Shown here in pieces: positions 10,738 through 21,663 of a DNA stretch of 64,000 bases. The notes beneath the pieces are model-generated. The model was not told where the DNA came from, made no database searches, and saw only the letters and a program-made list of their open reading frames with translations. This DNA is from an uncultured Planctomycetota bacterium (GTDB lineage: Bacteria; Planctomycetota; Planctomycetia; Isosphaerales; Isosphaeraceae): positions 128,001 through 192,000 of the forward strand of contig CAWGMQ010000002.1 of NCBI GenBank assembly GCA_963823665.1, given 5' to 3'. Within the stretch, counting starts at the first letter, position 1. Every line of letters starts with the position of its first letter. The position numbers were made by a program, and so were the translations under genes.

Positions 10738-11311
10738 ATGCTCGATCGGTTAATTCAAGTCACCCTGATCCTTTCAACCCTGGCACTATGCTGGCTCTGG
10801 ATGATGATCGTCCACGAGCTCGGCCATGTCATCCTGGCCTGGACGTCTGGCGAAACGGTTTCAATAGTCGTCCTCCATCCCCTGGCGATCTCCCGGACCG
10901 ACGCCACCCATGACAAGCATCCGCTCCTGGTGATCTTTGGTGGGCCCGCACTCGGCTCGTTGCTTCCCCTCGCCAGTCTACTCGCAGCCAAGCGCCTGCG
11001 ATCCCGTTTCGTCTATCTGTGGCAATTCTTCGCAGGATTCTGCCTCATCGCCAATGGTGCCTACCTCGGCCTCGGCTCCTTCTCCAATATTGGTGATGCC
11101 GGCGACCTAACTCTGCGCAGGCTGCCCGCAAGCTGTGATGGTCGCGTTCGGAATCGTGTGCGCGCCCGCAGGCCTCTGGCTCTGGAACGGCCTCGGACCC
11201 CACTTTGGCATCAAAGTCCCCAACGGCAAAGTGGACCGGACAGCCGCGCTGGGCGCTCTGGCGGTGCTGTTCATCACCGTGATCGCAGAACTCCTGATTT
11301 CTGCGCGATGA
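10738..11311 (+). CDS. M50-like membrane metallopeptidase, frameshifted near 11110
   Basis: VHELGH in a TM segment, GGP, GDAGDL; the +1 frame continues as hydrophobic LCAGCPQAVMVAFG...LWLWNGLGPHFG...LLISAR*. Confidence 0.75.
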
Positions 11312-11406
11312 AGACCGCCCCCCGAACCGCGCGATCTCCAGTTGTGTCCGCGAAGCGTGTATCGACAGGATCCTCTCGAACAAGCATTCATGTACAAGGA
11401 ATACCC

Positions 11407-11883
11407 ATGAACCGCAACCTGATCGAAACCTACGCCGCCGGTGGCCAGAAGCTCCGGCATGCCGTCGCGGGGCTGTCGCGCGAAGACCTGACCGCTCGCC
11501 CCGGACCTGGCGCATGGTCAATCCAGGAGCTGGTCATCCATCTCGCCGACAGCGACGCCATCTCCATCGACCGCATGAAGCGAATGCTCACCGAAGACAA
11601 TCCGTGTCTCCTCTATGCCGACGAATCTGCCTACGTCGAGCGACTTCATCACGACGACCAGTCGATTGAAGACGCGTTGACCCTCGTCGAAGTTAGCCGG
11701 CGGCAATGGTCGCGCGTGCTCCGGCTGTTGCCCGACGAAGCATTCTTGCGCCAGGGCACGCACAACCGTGCCGGAATCGTCACCGTGGGCCATTATGTCG
11801 AGAATTATATCAAGCACCTCGATTATCACCTCGATTTCCTCAAGGCCAAGCGCGAGCGACTCGGGAAAGCCCTCTCCGAGTAA
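11407..11883 (+). CDS. DinB/YfiT-like protein
   Basis: AGGA RBS; PGPGAWSIQELVIHLADSD, YADE, RQGTH, HLDYH metal-binding pattern. Confidence 0.88.
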   Translation: MNRNLIETYAAGGQKLRHAVAGLSREDLTARPGPGAWSIQELVIHLADSDAISIDRMKRMLTEDNPCLLYADESAYVERLHHDDQSIEDALTLVEVSRRQWSRVLRLLPDEAFLRQGTHNRAGIVTVGHYVENYIKHLDYHLDFLKAKRERLGKALSE

Positions 11884-12012
11884 TCCATCCCCCCAAAGCC
11901 AGCTTCCCTCGGATCGAGTCGTGGCAGCCGATCGCAAAAGCCGGTAAATTATCGATCAGTTGTTTAACACGACAAAGCGGCAGCATGCTGTTGGCCGAGG
12001 GAGGTATGAGCC

Positions 12013-15000
12013 ATGCGCAAGCACTGGCAAGGTTGCACGTGGGGCGTTCTCTGCACGCTCGCCTGGGCACTCATCGCCGACGCACAGGCACAGCCGGCGT
12101 CTCCCGTTGCGCCCCTCATCCTGCACGCCCGAGTTCGCGAAGCTCGGCCACCTTCCAGCCCTGAAGCGTCCCAGACGCAAGAGAAAACGCTCCGCTGGGA
12201 ACCAGCCCATACGGCCATCATTATCTGTGACATGTGGAACCAGCACTGGTGCCGGGGAGCAACTCGCCGGGTCGGCGAGCTCGCTCCCGCGATGAATCGA
12301 ACAATCGCCGCAGCGCGGGCCAAAGGCATCCTGATCATCCACGCCCCCAGCAGTTGCATGGAAGCCTATAAAGATCACCCCGCACGGAAAAACGCCCAAG
12401 CGGCCCCCAAGGCCGCGAACCTGCCCAAAGACATCGCCCAGTGGTGCAACAAGATTCCGTCTGAGGAACAAGGCATATACCCGATCGACCAGTCCGATGG
12501 CGGCTGCGACGACGGCCCGCAATGCCCCCAGGGCTCTCCCTGGAAGTCCCAGGTCGCGGCCATCGACATTCTCCCGCAAGATGCCATCAGCGATTCGGGC
12601 GAAGAAATCTGGAACCTCCTCGAATCCCGTGGAATCACAAACGTGATGATCATGGGTGTGCACCTGAATATGTGTGTTCTCGGCCGGCCATTCGGCCTGC
12701 GAAACCTCTCCCGATCGGGCAAAACCGTCGTCCTGGTCCGCGACCTGACCGACACGATGTACAATTCGCGGATGTGGCCTTATGTCAGTCACTTCGAGGG
12801 CACCAACCGCATCGTCGAGCACGTTGAGAAGTACGTAGCTCCCACGATCCTCTCCACCGAGTTGACGGGCCAGCCCGCGTTCAAGTTCCAGCCCGACGAC
12901 CGCCCCCGCATCGTCTTTCTGATCGGCGAAGATGAATACAAGACCGAAACAACCCTGCCGGCATTTGCAGTCAAGGAGCTCGAGCCGCTCGGACTCCGCT
13001 GCACGATGGCGATCGCAGACCCGAAAACCCCCCACAATTTTCCCGGCGCTCTTGCACTCGATGACGCCAACCTGCTGGTCTTGAGCGTTCGCCGGCGTGC
13101 ACCAAGTGCCGCCGAGATGGCCCTCATTCGGCGCTACATCGAAGCCGGCAAGCCACTCATCGGCATCCGCACTGCCTGCCACGCCTTCGACACCCGCGGC
13201 AAGGCACCGCCCGGCCATCTTGAGTGGACATCGTTTGATCCCGACGTACTCGGTGGTCATTACACCGGACATCATGCCAATAACGCGCCTCCAACCATCG
13301 AGAAGGCACCTGGCGCGCAAGATCTTCCGATCCTCGCCGGTGTGAGCACACCCTTTCCAGCCTCCGGCTCGCTCTACAAGACCAGTCCACTGGCAAATAC
13401 CGCCGTTCCGCTCTTGATGGGAAAGGCCGGCAATCTGCCGGTCGAACCCGTCGCCTGGGTCAATCGCAAAGGCGCGTTGCGCATCTTCTACACCTCGCTG
13501 GGACACCCTGGCGATTTCGAGCGGCCCGAATTCCGCCGCCTGCTCAAGAACGCCATTTTCTGGGCCCTTGACCGCCAGCCAGCGCCGCAAGCCAAGGATC
13601 GCACAACTGCCGCGGGCAACATTAACAGTCCGCCGTCGGAGAATCGCCTCCCTTTTGATCGAGGCCAAGACTCGCGTTCGCCACGCGCCGCCTTGGCCTC
13701 CTTCCAGGTTCCCGGCGATCTCCAGCTCGACCTTGTCTTGTCCGAGCCAATCGTTCGCCAGCCCGTCTCGATTTCCTTCGACGAGCGAGGCAGGCTCTGG
13801 GTGGTTCAGTATCTCCAGTATCCCGTGCCCGCCGGATTGAAAATGGTCAGCCACGATGGCGTCTGGCGCGCCGTCTACGACAAGGTCCCACCCCCTCCGC
13901 CACATCATTTTCGCGGCAAGGACAAGATCACGATTCATGAAGATACCGACGGCGACGGCGCCTTCGACCGCCACAAGACGTTTCTCGATGGTCTGAACAT
14001 CGTCACGGCTCTCGCGCATGGCCGAGGCGGCGTATGGGTTCTCAACCCGCCTTACCTCCTCTTTTACCCGGATCGCAATCACGATGATGTGCCCGATTCC
14101 GACCCGGAAGTCCACCTCCAAGGTTTCGGCCTGGAAGACACTCATTCCGTCGTCAACAGCCTTCGCTGGGGCCCCGACGGCTGGCTCTACGCGGCCCAGG
14201 GGTCGACCGTCACCGGCCATGTCACTCGCCCCGCTCTTGATGCCGGCAAAGAACCACAACACTCCATGGGTCAATTGATCTGGAGGTATCACCCTGAGTC
14301 GCATCGTTACGAGGTTTTTGCTGAAGGAGGAGGTAACGCATTCGGCGTTGAGATCGACGCCAAGGGACGCATTTACTCCGGCCATAACGGCGGCGACACC
14401 CGCGGCTTCCACTACGTCCAAGGCGCTTTTTACCAGAAGGGCTTCAACAAGCACGGGCCGCTTTCAAACCCTTACGCTTTTGGCTACTTCCCGGCGATGA
14501 AACACAATCGGGTTCCTCGGTTTACCCATACGTTCGTCATCTACGAGGCTGATGCACTTCCGCAGCCGTATCGTGGCTTGCTCTTCGGAGTCGCACCCTT
14601 GTTGAACCACGTGGTGATGAGCCGCGTTTCTCGCGACGGATCCTCTTTCCAGACCGAGGACGTTGGCCTGGCCGTCTCTTCGCGCGATCCTTGGTTCCGT
14701 CCCGTGGACATCAAGCCCGCACCCGACGGATCGCTCTATATCGCCGATTGGTACGACCGCCAGGTCAACCACTATCGCAACCACGAAGGCCAGATCGACT
14801 CCGGCAACGGACGGATCTATCGCCTCCGGGCCCGCAGCTCGGTCGCTGCACCGTTCAAGAAGCCGCTCGATCTCTCTCAACTGACCACTACCGGTTTGGT
14901 GCAGCTCCTCGATGATCCCAACCGGTGGACGCGAGAAACCGCACAGCGGCTGATCGCGGACCGGCGTGACCCAGCCATCGCGCCCGAGCTCGTTCGACTG

Positions 15001-16574
15001 CTGACCGAGAAAACTGGCCAGATCGCACTCGAAGCACTCTGGGCCTTGAACGGCATTGGAAAGCTCGACGAAGCAGTCGCACTCAAATCGCTCGATCATC
15101 CCGACCCCTACGTGCGGCTCTGGACCGCACGCCTTCTCTGCGACGCATCCCGGGTAACACCTGCCGTGTCCCGGGCGCTCGCCCATCGCGCCGCGATCGA
15201 GCCAGGTGTTGAGGTTCGTAGCCAGCTTGCTTGCTCCGCAAAACGTCTGCCGGCACCTGATGCGCTGCCGATCATTCGCGCGCTCCTCGCTCACACTGAG
15301 GATGAGCGAGATATCCACGTTCCCCTGTTGCTGTGGTGGGCGCTCGAAGCGAAGGTCGCATCCGACCCCGAGCTCGTGCTGGCCGCTTTTTCTGAGAGCG
15401 ATATCTGGAACCTGCCCATCGCGAAAAAGACGATACTCGAGCGGCTGATGCGCCGATTCGCCGCCGCCGGCACCAGGCAAGATTTGAGCCAGTGTGCCAG
15501 ACTGCTCGCCCTGGCACCCGGCCCGGAACACGTCAAGCATCTGATGGCAGGTTTCGAGTCGGCCTACGCCGGACGTTCGCTCGCCGGCTTGCCGCCGGAG
15601 CTGGTCGATGCTCTCGCGAAATTTAGCGGTGATTCCATCACGCTCGGCCTTCGGCGTGGCAAGAACCAGGCGATCTCCGATGCTCTCCGCATCCTGGCCG
15701 ACCCGCACGCCGATCGGACCAAGCAGCTCCAGATCCTCCAGACGCTTGGTGAAGTTCGACTCCCCGTTGCCGTGCCCGCCATTCTGCGTCTCGCGTGCGA
15801 GTCGTCTGACAACGCCCTCCGCTCTTCCGCCTTGATTGCCCTCACCGGATATGACGACCCGGCTATCTCCGCCGCCGTGATCAAGACCTGTCCCAGCATG
15901 CCCGACGATGTGCTGGCCTCGGCCCAGAGCATGCTGTCGTCGCGCCGAGCTTGGCGCACGAATTCCTCAAATCCATCGAGGCCGGGACAATCGACGCTCA
16001 TAGCGTTCCCAAAGAAATCGTGGAAAAGTTGATGCTGCTGGGCGATCCCGCGATCAACAGCACAATCACCCGTCTTTGGGGACCGTTGAAACCCGTTTCG
16101 ACAGCCGAACATCACGCCAGGATCACCCGCTTCGCCGCCATGATTGGTGAAGGATCCGGAATTCCCAAGCCCGGCAAGCAGATCTTTGAACAGCAATGCG
16201 CCCGGTGCCATTCGCTCTTCGGAAGGGGTGGAAAGCTCGGCCCCGACCTCACGACGTACCGTCGCGATGATCTGGAAACGATGCTCCTGAACATCGTCAA
16301 TCCCAGCGCCGAGATTCGCGAAGGATTCTCGGGCTCGATTGTCGCCTCGAGCGACGGACGCATCCTTTCCGGTGTGATCGTCGAGCAAGACAAGAACGTC
16401 GTCATCCTGCGCGACAGCGACGGCCACGACGCGATCCTGGCCCGAACCGCGATCGACGCCATGCGGCCCGCCGAAAAGTCTCTGATGCCCGAGGGATTGC
16501 TCGACAATCTCACCCCCCAGCAACTCCGCGATTTGTTCGCATACCTTCGAAGCACACAGCCTCTCGTTGACTGA
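12013..16574 (+). CDS. PVC-type heme-binding CxxCH protein: isochorismatase + ThuA-like + beta-propeller dehydrogenase-like + HEAT repeats + cytochrome c (frameshift near 15950)
   Basis: TAIIICDMWNQHWC and GVHLNMCVLGRPFG; GIRTACHAF...FYTSLGHP; FDERGRLWVVQYLQYP, WGPDGWLY, FRPVDI; C-terminal CARCH...GPDLT...SLMPEGLL in ORF 15951..16574. Confidence 0.88.
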
Positions 16575-17328
16575 TCTGATCCCGAAGCAAGCTGACAATT
16601 CCGGCCACGCGCCGAGCGTCGACTCGCGGCCACGAGCGCTCTGACCCATCGCACACAGCAGGGTTAATCACCCCCGACGTCATTTCACACACACCCGACC
16701 CAAGATGCACCTCCGTCACCTTCCCACGCCTCACCACCTGCACCACGCTATCCCCGTCCAACCGACCGCCGGCCATGACCACCAGCCGGCCGTTTGCACG
16801 GTTCACGAGCTCCGCCAGGTTCTCGACCCCCTCGAGGGCCGTGGGCCGGCCTCCCGACGTCAACACCCGATCGACACCCAGCTCAACCAAACGATCCAGT
16901 GCGTCCAGGAAACAATCCACCTGGTCAAATGCCTTGTGGAACGTCACCGCAAGCGGCCGCGCCAGCGCGACAAGCTCGGCGGTCCGATCGGCGTCAATCG
17001 TTGCGTCGGCTTTCAAGACGCCCACGACAACACCGGCGGCCCCGAGGTCTTTGGCCGATTCGATGTCATGGTGCATCACCGCTAGCTCAACGTCCGAGTA
17101 AACGAAATCGCCCGCACGCGGACGAATCAAGACATGCACCGGAATCCTCAGAGTTTGACAACATAGCGCAATCGCTCCAGCGCTCGGCGTTGTGCCCCCA
17201 ACCGACAGGTTGTCGCATAACTCGACGCGGTCTGCGCCGCCGGCTTCTGCGGCAATGGCCGACGCCACATCACTCACGCAGACCTCGACCTTCACGGGCG
17301 CGGCTGCTGCGACACCATGATCACTCAT
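16510..17328 (-). CDS. cutC: Copper homeostasis protein CutC
   Basis: VEVCV...GGADRVELC.NLSVGGTTPS, LIRPRAGDFVYS, TFHKAFD, RVLTSGG. Confidence 0.92.
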   Translation of the reverse strand: MSDHGVAAAAPVKVEVCVSDVASAIAAEAGGADRVELCDNLSVGGTTPSAGAIALCCQTLRIPVHVLIRPRAGDFVYSDVELAVMHHDIESAKDLGAAGVVVGVLKADATIDADRTAELVALARPLAVTFHKAFDQVDCFLDALDRLVELGVDRVLTSGGRPTALEGVENLAELVNRANGRLVVMAGGRLDGDSVVQVVRRGKVTEVHLGSGVCEMTSGVINPAVCDGSERSWPRVDARRVAGIVSLLRDQISQREAVCFEGMRTNRGVAGG

Positions 17329-17335
17329 CTCGCCC

Positions 17336-19012
17336 TCAAGATCCGATCCCGGCGCTTCGACCGAAGCAAACCAGCGTGATGTCGTCGAACTGTGATCGTC
17401 CCGACTGGTGCTCGCGAACTGTCGCCAGAATCGCTTCGCCCACCGCGGTTGCCCCCTGCGGTGCCTGAACCAGTGCCTCACGAAGACGCTGTTCCCCGAA
17501 TGGCTTGTCCCGTCGATCCCGCGCATCGGTCACCCCGTCGGAGTAAAGCACCACCACGTCGCCGGGTTCAAGTGCGACCGTGATCGCCTCATAGCCTCCG
17601 CCGCCGTCGATACCCAGTGGCGTCCCGGACTCCGTGCGACCCACCTCCTCGATCACGCCGCCGGACCGCCGGACAAGCGGACACGGATGACCAGCGCTGG
17701 CAACCGTCAAACGATGTGATCGTGGGTCAAGCTCCGTGAACGCCAAGGTCACAAATCGGCAGTCGAACTCCGCACTGCATACCCGATCGTTCACTTTCGA
17801 GAGCACCTCTCCAGGCGCAACCCCCGCGCGGACGAGGTGCCGCACCTCCGGACAGATTCCGGCCATCATGAGCGCCGCTGGCACGCCTTTGCCTGCAACG
17901 TCCCCGAGGATAATCGCCCAGCGGCCCGCCTCAGACTCCCCGAGCGCAGTCGACCCGACCGGGATGTAATCGTACAGATCGCCGCCAACCTCTTCCGTGG
18001 GTCGATAACATTCCCAGAACGCGTAACCCGGGATGCCGGGCCGGTCTCTCGGCAACAGTGCGAGCTGGATCTGACCGGCCGCCGCCCATGACGCTCGCTT
18101 CTTCACCAGCGTGTGGTTCTCCACAGCAATCCCCATCGGTACGGCCAGCGCCGCCAGCAGGTCAAGCTCCGGGGATGTGAATCGCTCTGTATCCATTCGG
18201 CTGTCGAGCTGCACCATTCCGACCGGCTTGCCGTCGCTACCGGGCAGCGGCACGACCAGCGCTGTTCGTAGCGAGGAAGCCACGCTCTGCTGACTCTTGT
18301 AATCCGAGTCGAGCGTCGCATCCGAGATCAACACGGCTTTGCCCTCCTCGAGAACCTGACGAGCAATCGTCCGGGAGAGCGACGGCGTCTCCGGCGGACC
18401 GCTGCGCCGCCGCGCCGCCCGTAAGGGAAGCGTTCCGTCCGGCTCCACGGTCAAGACGAAGCCACGCTCCGCCCGTGGAAACACAGCCATCAGCCCATCC
18501 AGCACCCGCGCAAACATCTCGTTCAGATCGGCCCCCCCGAGCGCGCGGTTCACATCGAGAATCGCCTGGAAGGCTTCGACCGGCTGCGCCAGCCGCCGTG
18601 CCAGCCGGATGGAGCTCAGGTCCTCAATCGACCCCAGCACCGTCGAGCGCTCCTCATCGTCTTTCCGAAGCCCGACAGTTGGATCACGGAAAATCAGTTC
18701 ATGCTCGAATATTCGCACCCGGCAGCCGTCGCGCAGACGAACAGCGTGGAACGGCATGAGCTTCTTGTCGTCAACGTAACTGTGGTTCTGGCTGTCGAGA
18801 TCGACCAGGTGGCAAGAACCATCCGTCCGACGTTCAACCCGGGCGTGATTCCGGGAGACCTTTGCGTCGTCGATCTGGATATCCGAGCCGCGCGTGCGGC
18901 CGATGTGAAGGTCGGTCCCCGTGATCTCGAACACGCGCACAACCTGACCGTCCCGGATCAATTCAAGTGTCGGAACGACTGGCTGCGATTTGAGATTCTT
19001 TGGCCCGTTCAT
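17336..19012 (-). CDS. FHA + GAF + SpoIIE/PP2C phosphatase
   Basis: FHA IGR...SRNHA...DLDSQN; GAF segment; GGDLYDY, GDVAGKG, SAGH, YSDGVTD, DDITLV. Confidence 0.92.
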   Translation of the reverse strand: MNGPKNLKSQPVVPTLELIRDGQVVRVFEITGTDLHIGRTRGSDIQIDDAKVSRNHARVERRTDGSCHLVDLDSQNHSYVDDKKLMPFHAVRLRDGCRVRIFEHELIFRDPTVGLRKDDEERSTVLGSIEDLSSIRLARRLAQPVEAFQAILDVNRALGGADLNEMFARVLDGLMAVFPRAERGFVLTVEPDGTLPLRAARRRSGPPETPSLSRTIARQVLEEGKAVLISDATLDSDYKSQQSVASSLRTALVVPLPGSDGKPVGMVQLDSRMDTERFTSPELDLLAALAVPMGIAVENHTLVKKRASWAAAGQIQLALLPRDRPGIPGYAFWECYRPTEEVGGDLYDYIPVGSTALGESEAGRWAIILGDVAGKGVPAALMMAGICPEVRHLVRAGVAPGEVLSKVNDRVCSAEFDCRFVTLAFTELDPRSHRLTVASAGHPCPLVRRSGGVIEEVGRTESGTPLGIDGGGGYEAITVALEPGDVVVLYSDGVTDARDRRDKPFGEQRLREALVQAPQGATAVGEAILATVREHQSGRSQFDDITLVCFGRSAGIGS

Positions 19013-19264
19013 CGTTTAGCCCCACAGACAGCCGTTTCGAGCCGGACTCGTCCCGCGCTGAACACAAACCATACGTCGCTGCCAGCTTCGGCACCCGCTG
19101 GGCGCACCTTCGGTCAGCAGCCAATTGTATCGCTTTGGGCGGAGCCCGGCGATCAAAACAGTTGGCGTGTCGCTCCCGAGCCGATTAACATAAGCTCTAC
19201 GCGAGCGCGCCGAACGGACTGCGGTGCGCTCCGCAGCCTCGATCCCTCCACAGGAGACCCCGCC

Positions 19265-20611
19265 GTGACTGACCGACCGCAAGCCGCCCGCCCGATCAAT
19301 CCCGCCTGTTCCTCCGACTCCTCGCAACATTCCAGCCGGCGCGATTTCCTTACGAGCTCGACCGCTGCACTTGCGGGAGCAAGCGCCCTGGCCACCGCCG
19401 CCGCAGTCTTGCCGGTGCCCATGGTTCACGCCGGTGGCAGCAGCACCATCAAGATCGGTCTGGTCGGTTGCGGCGGACGCGGCAGTGGTGCCGCCGAGGA
19501 AGCGTTGAAAGCCGACTCCGGCACCAAGCTGGTCGCCGTTGCCGACGCGTTCCAGGACCGGATCAATGATCACCTCTCGCACCTCAAGGAGCTGCCCGTC
19601 GGCTCCCGGATCGATGTTCCCAAAGACCGTCAATACACCGGCTTCGACGCCTACAAGCACGTCATCGACCAGGTCGACCTGGTCCTCCTCACCACGCCGC
19701 CGCATTTCCGGCCCCTTCACCTGGCCTATGCGGTCGAAAAAGGAGTGAACGCGTTTGTCGAGAAGCCGATGGCCGTCGACGGCCCCGGTCTGCGCAAGTA
19801 TCTCCAGGCGTGCAAAGACGCCCAGGCCAAGAACCTCTCTTTGGTCAATGGCTTCTGCTGGCGCTACGACGCCCCCCGCCGCCAGACCATGAAGCGCGTG
19901 ATGGACGGCCAGATCGGCGACATCGTCGCCATCGAAACAACCTACAACTCTCAGGGTGTCTGGGAGCCGCGTAAAACCCGCGAACAATGCGACTCCGACA
20001 TGGAATACCAGATGCGCAACTGGTACTACTACTGCTGGCTCTCCGGTGACCACATCACCGAGCAGGCCGTCCACGGCATCGACACCATGGCCTGGGCCAT
20101 GAACGACATGCCGCCGGTGAAATGCTGGGGCGTCGGCGGCCGCCAATCGCGCACCGATCCCAAGTACGGCAATATCTGGGACCATTTCTCCGTCGTCTAC
20201 GAATACCCGGGCAATGTCCGCGGTTACCACCACTGCCGCCATTGGGTCAACACGCCTCCCCAGGTCAAAGACTACGTGCTCGGCAGCAAGGGCACGGCCG
20301 ACGTCTTCGGCAATGCGATCACGGGTCCGAACAAGTGGCGTTATCGCGGTCAAAAGAAGGACAGCATGTACCAGGTTGAGCATGATGAGATGTTCGCCGC
20401 GATCCGTGCCGGCAAGCCGATCAACAACGGCGAAAAAGCCGCCGGAACGACACTCCTGGCCCTGATGGGCCGCACCGCCGCCTACACGGGCGAGGTCATC
20501 ACCCCCGAGATGATCCTCACGTCCAAGGAAGACCTGAGCCCCCCCAAGTACGAATTCGGCGCTCTGACTCCAGCGCCAATCCCCGTGCCCGGCACCACAA
20601 AGTTCGCTTGA
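19265..20611 (+). CDS. Tat-exported Gfo/Idh/MocA oxidoreductase
   Basis: SRRDFL twin-arginine motif, IGLVGCGGRGSGA, FVEKPMA, EQAVHGID; GTG start with GGAGA RBS. Confidence 0.9.
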   Translation: MTDRPQAARPINPACSSDSSQHSSRRDFLTSSTAALAGASALATAAAVLPVPMVHAGGSSTIKIGLVGCGGRGSGAAEEALKADSGTKLVAVADAFQDRINDHLSHLKELPVGSRIDVPKDRQYTGFDAYKHVIDQVDLVLLTTPPHFRPLHLAYAVEKGVNAFVEKPMAVDGPGLRKYLQACKDAQAKNLSLVNGFCWRYDAPRRQTMKRVMDGQIGDIVAIETTYNSQGVWEPRKTREQCDSDMEYQMRNWYYYCWLSGDHITEQAVHGIDTMAWAMNDMPPVKCWGVGGRQSRTDPKYGNIWDHFSVVYEYPGNVRGYHHCRHWVNTPPQVKDYVLGSKGTADVFGNAITGPNKWRYRGQKKDSMYQVEHDEMFAAIRAGKPINNGEKAAGTTLLALMGRTAAYTGEVITPEMILTSKEDLSPPKYEFGALTPAPIPVPGTTKFA

Positions 20612-20631
20612 GAGCAGACCGTGCAGTCTCC

Positions 20632-20656
20632 TTCCCACGCTCCCGCGTGAGAATGC
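20632..20656. repeat. Imperfect REP-like palindrome
   Basis: TTCCCACGC-TCCC-GCGTGAGAA just after the oxidoreductase stop. Confidence 0.45.
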
Positions 20657-20886
20657 CCACCGTTTCGACACGGGTGGTGTCTCACGCCCACGAACGCATC
20701 GGCTTGCCTTGCGCAAGTGTAAATGCAAGTTGAGTTTTCGTCGTTTTTTCGGGCGCTCAGCCATCGATAAAAAATGATAAAAAGTGATTAAAATTCTGAG
20801 AAATCTTCGCCCCGCGAGCCGTTCCCAGTCCGGGGGGGTGCCCAGCCCTCCGCCCCAGCCCACCCCTGGTCCCGCCGCGAGCATGT

Positions 20887-20949
20887 CCCTCCGTCCTCCG
20901 CACGCCACCCTCCGTCCTCCGCCCTCCGTCCTCCGCCCTCCGCCCTCCG
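20887..20949. repeat. Heptamer tandem repeat (YCCTCCG) x9, one degenerate unit
   Basis: ccctccg tcctccg cacgcca ccctccg tcctccg ccctccg tcctccg ccctccg ccctccg. Confidence 0.9.
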
Positions 20950-20951
20950 CT

Positions 20952-21077
20952 TGGGTTCGTTCGCGCAATCTGGCCACGTTGTCAAGTCCCATTTCGTTCT
21001 CGTTTTGTGATTCAATCACAAGTCGAGCCTCAACTTATGCATTCCCAGCCACGTGAGCCCGCTGGGTTCGTTCGCGC
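20952..21077. repeat. Two exact copies of 15-mer TGGGTTCGTTCGCGC
   Basis: Copies at 20952-20966 and 21063-21077. Confidence 0.85.
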
Positions 21078-21663
21078 GTTTTTCGCCGCCGAACAATCGG
21101 GTACAACCCTTCGCATTCAGAAAACCCCGAGTCCAAGTTCGCGTAGCCTGCTCGGAAACAGGGCCACCACCCAAGCGTGATCGATCGAGAAGGTCCATTC
21201 GGCGATACCGTGCTGGGTGCGACTCGTGTAGTTGACGACGAAGATGAGGACGAGGAGAAGGAGGTGGTTCTCATTGCCCCGAGCCGACTCCGGTGTCAGC
21301 GATCGAGACTCAGATAGGTAGATTATATCATGAGCCTCGTGGATCGGTTTATGTTTTCGATCAGGAAATCTGGATTTCTTCTGCGGGTCAGAGCGAATAG
21401 AACGATCATCACGATCGCAACGACTGAACAGGGAAGATTTGCGCACCGATTCTGCCAGAAACAGGCGTTTCCGAATGCTTGATAAGCGACAGCCGAGCTC
21501 GGCCTGATATTGCCAGGTGATACCCGTTCACCGCCTTCGGGGATGCTTGACCAAGCTGGACCGTTGCAATCTAATTGCACGCTAGGTGACCAGAACCCGG
21601 TCCAAAGCGGTTGGGCTCGCCGCTTATCTGCGAACTGTCGATTGATTCCAGGGAGCGGCAGTC

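Noticed and set aside
10738..11883. Novel M50 peptidase-DinB fusion
   Set aside because: The linker is an off-frame read-through; the +1 frame gives a proper hydrophobic C-terminus ending at 11311, and DinB has its own RBS
11956..14454. Long antisense ORFs (also 19016..21019, 14464..15708, 119..1195, 28006..28956)
   Set aside because: Shadow frames of high-GC genes on the opposite strand, with no recognisable motifs
18701..19264. N-terminal extension of the Gfo/Idh/MocA ORF
   Set aside because: It overlaps the divergent phosphatase gene; the Tat motif and RBS place the start at 19265
21290..21600. Small ORFs 21323..21580 and 21117..21446
   Set aside because: No RBS or motif support and atypical composition; at most a degraded remnant
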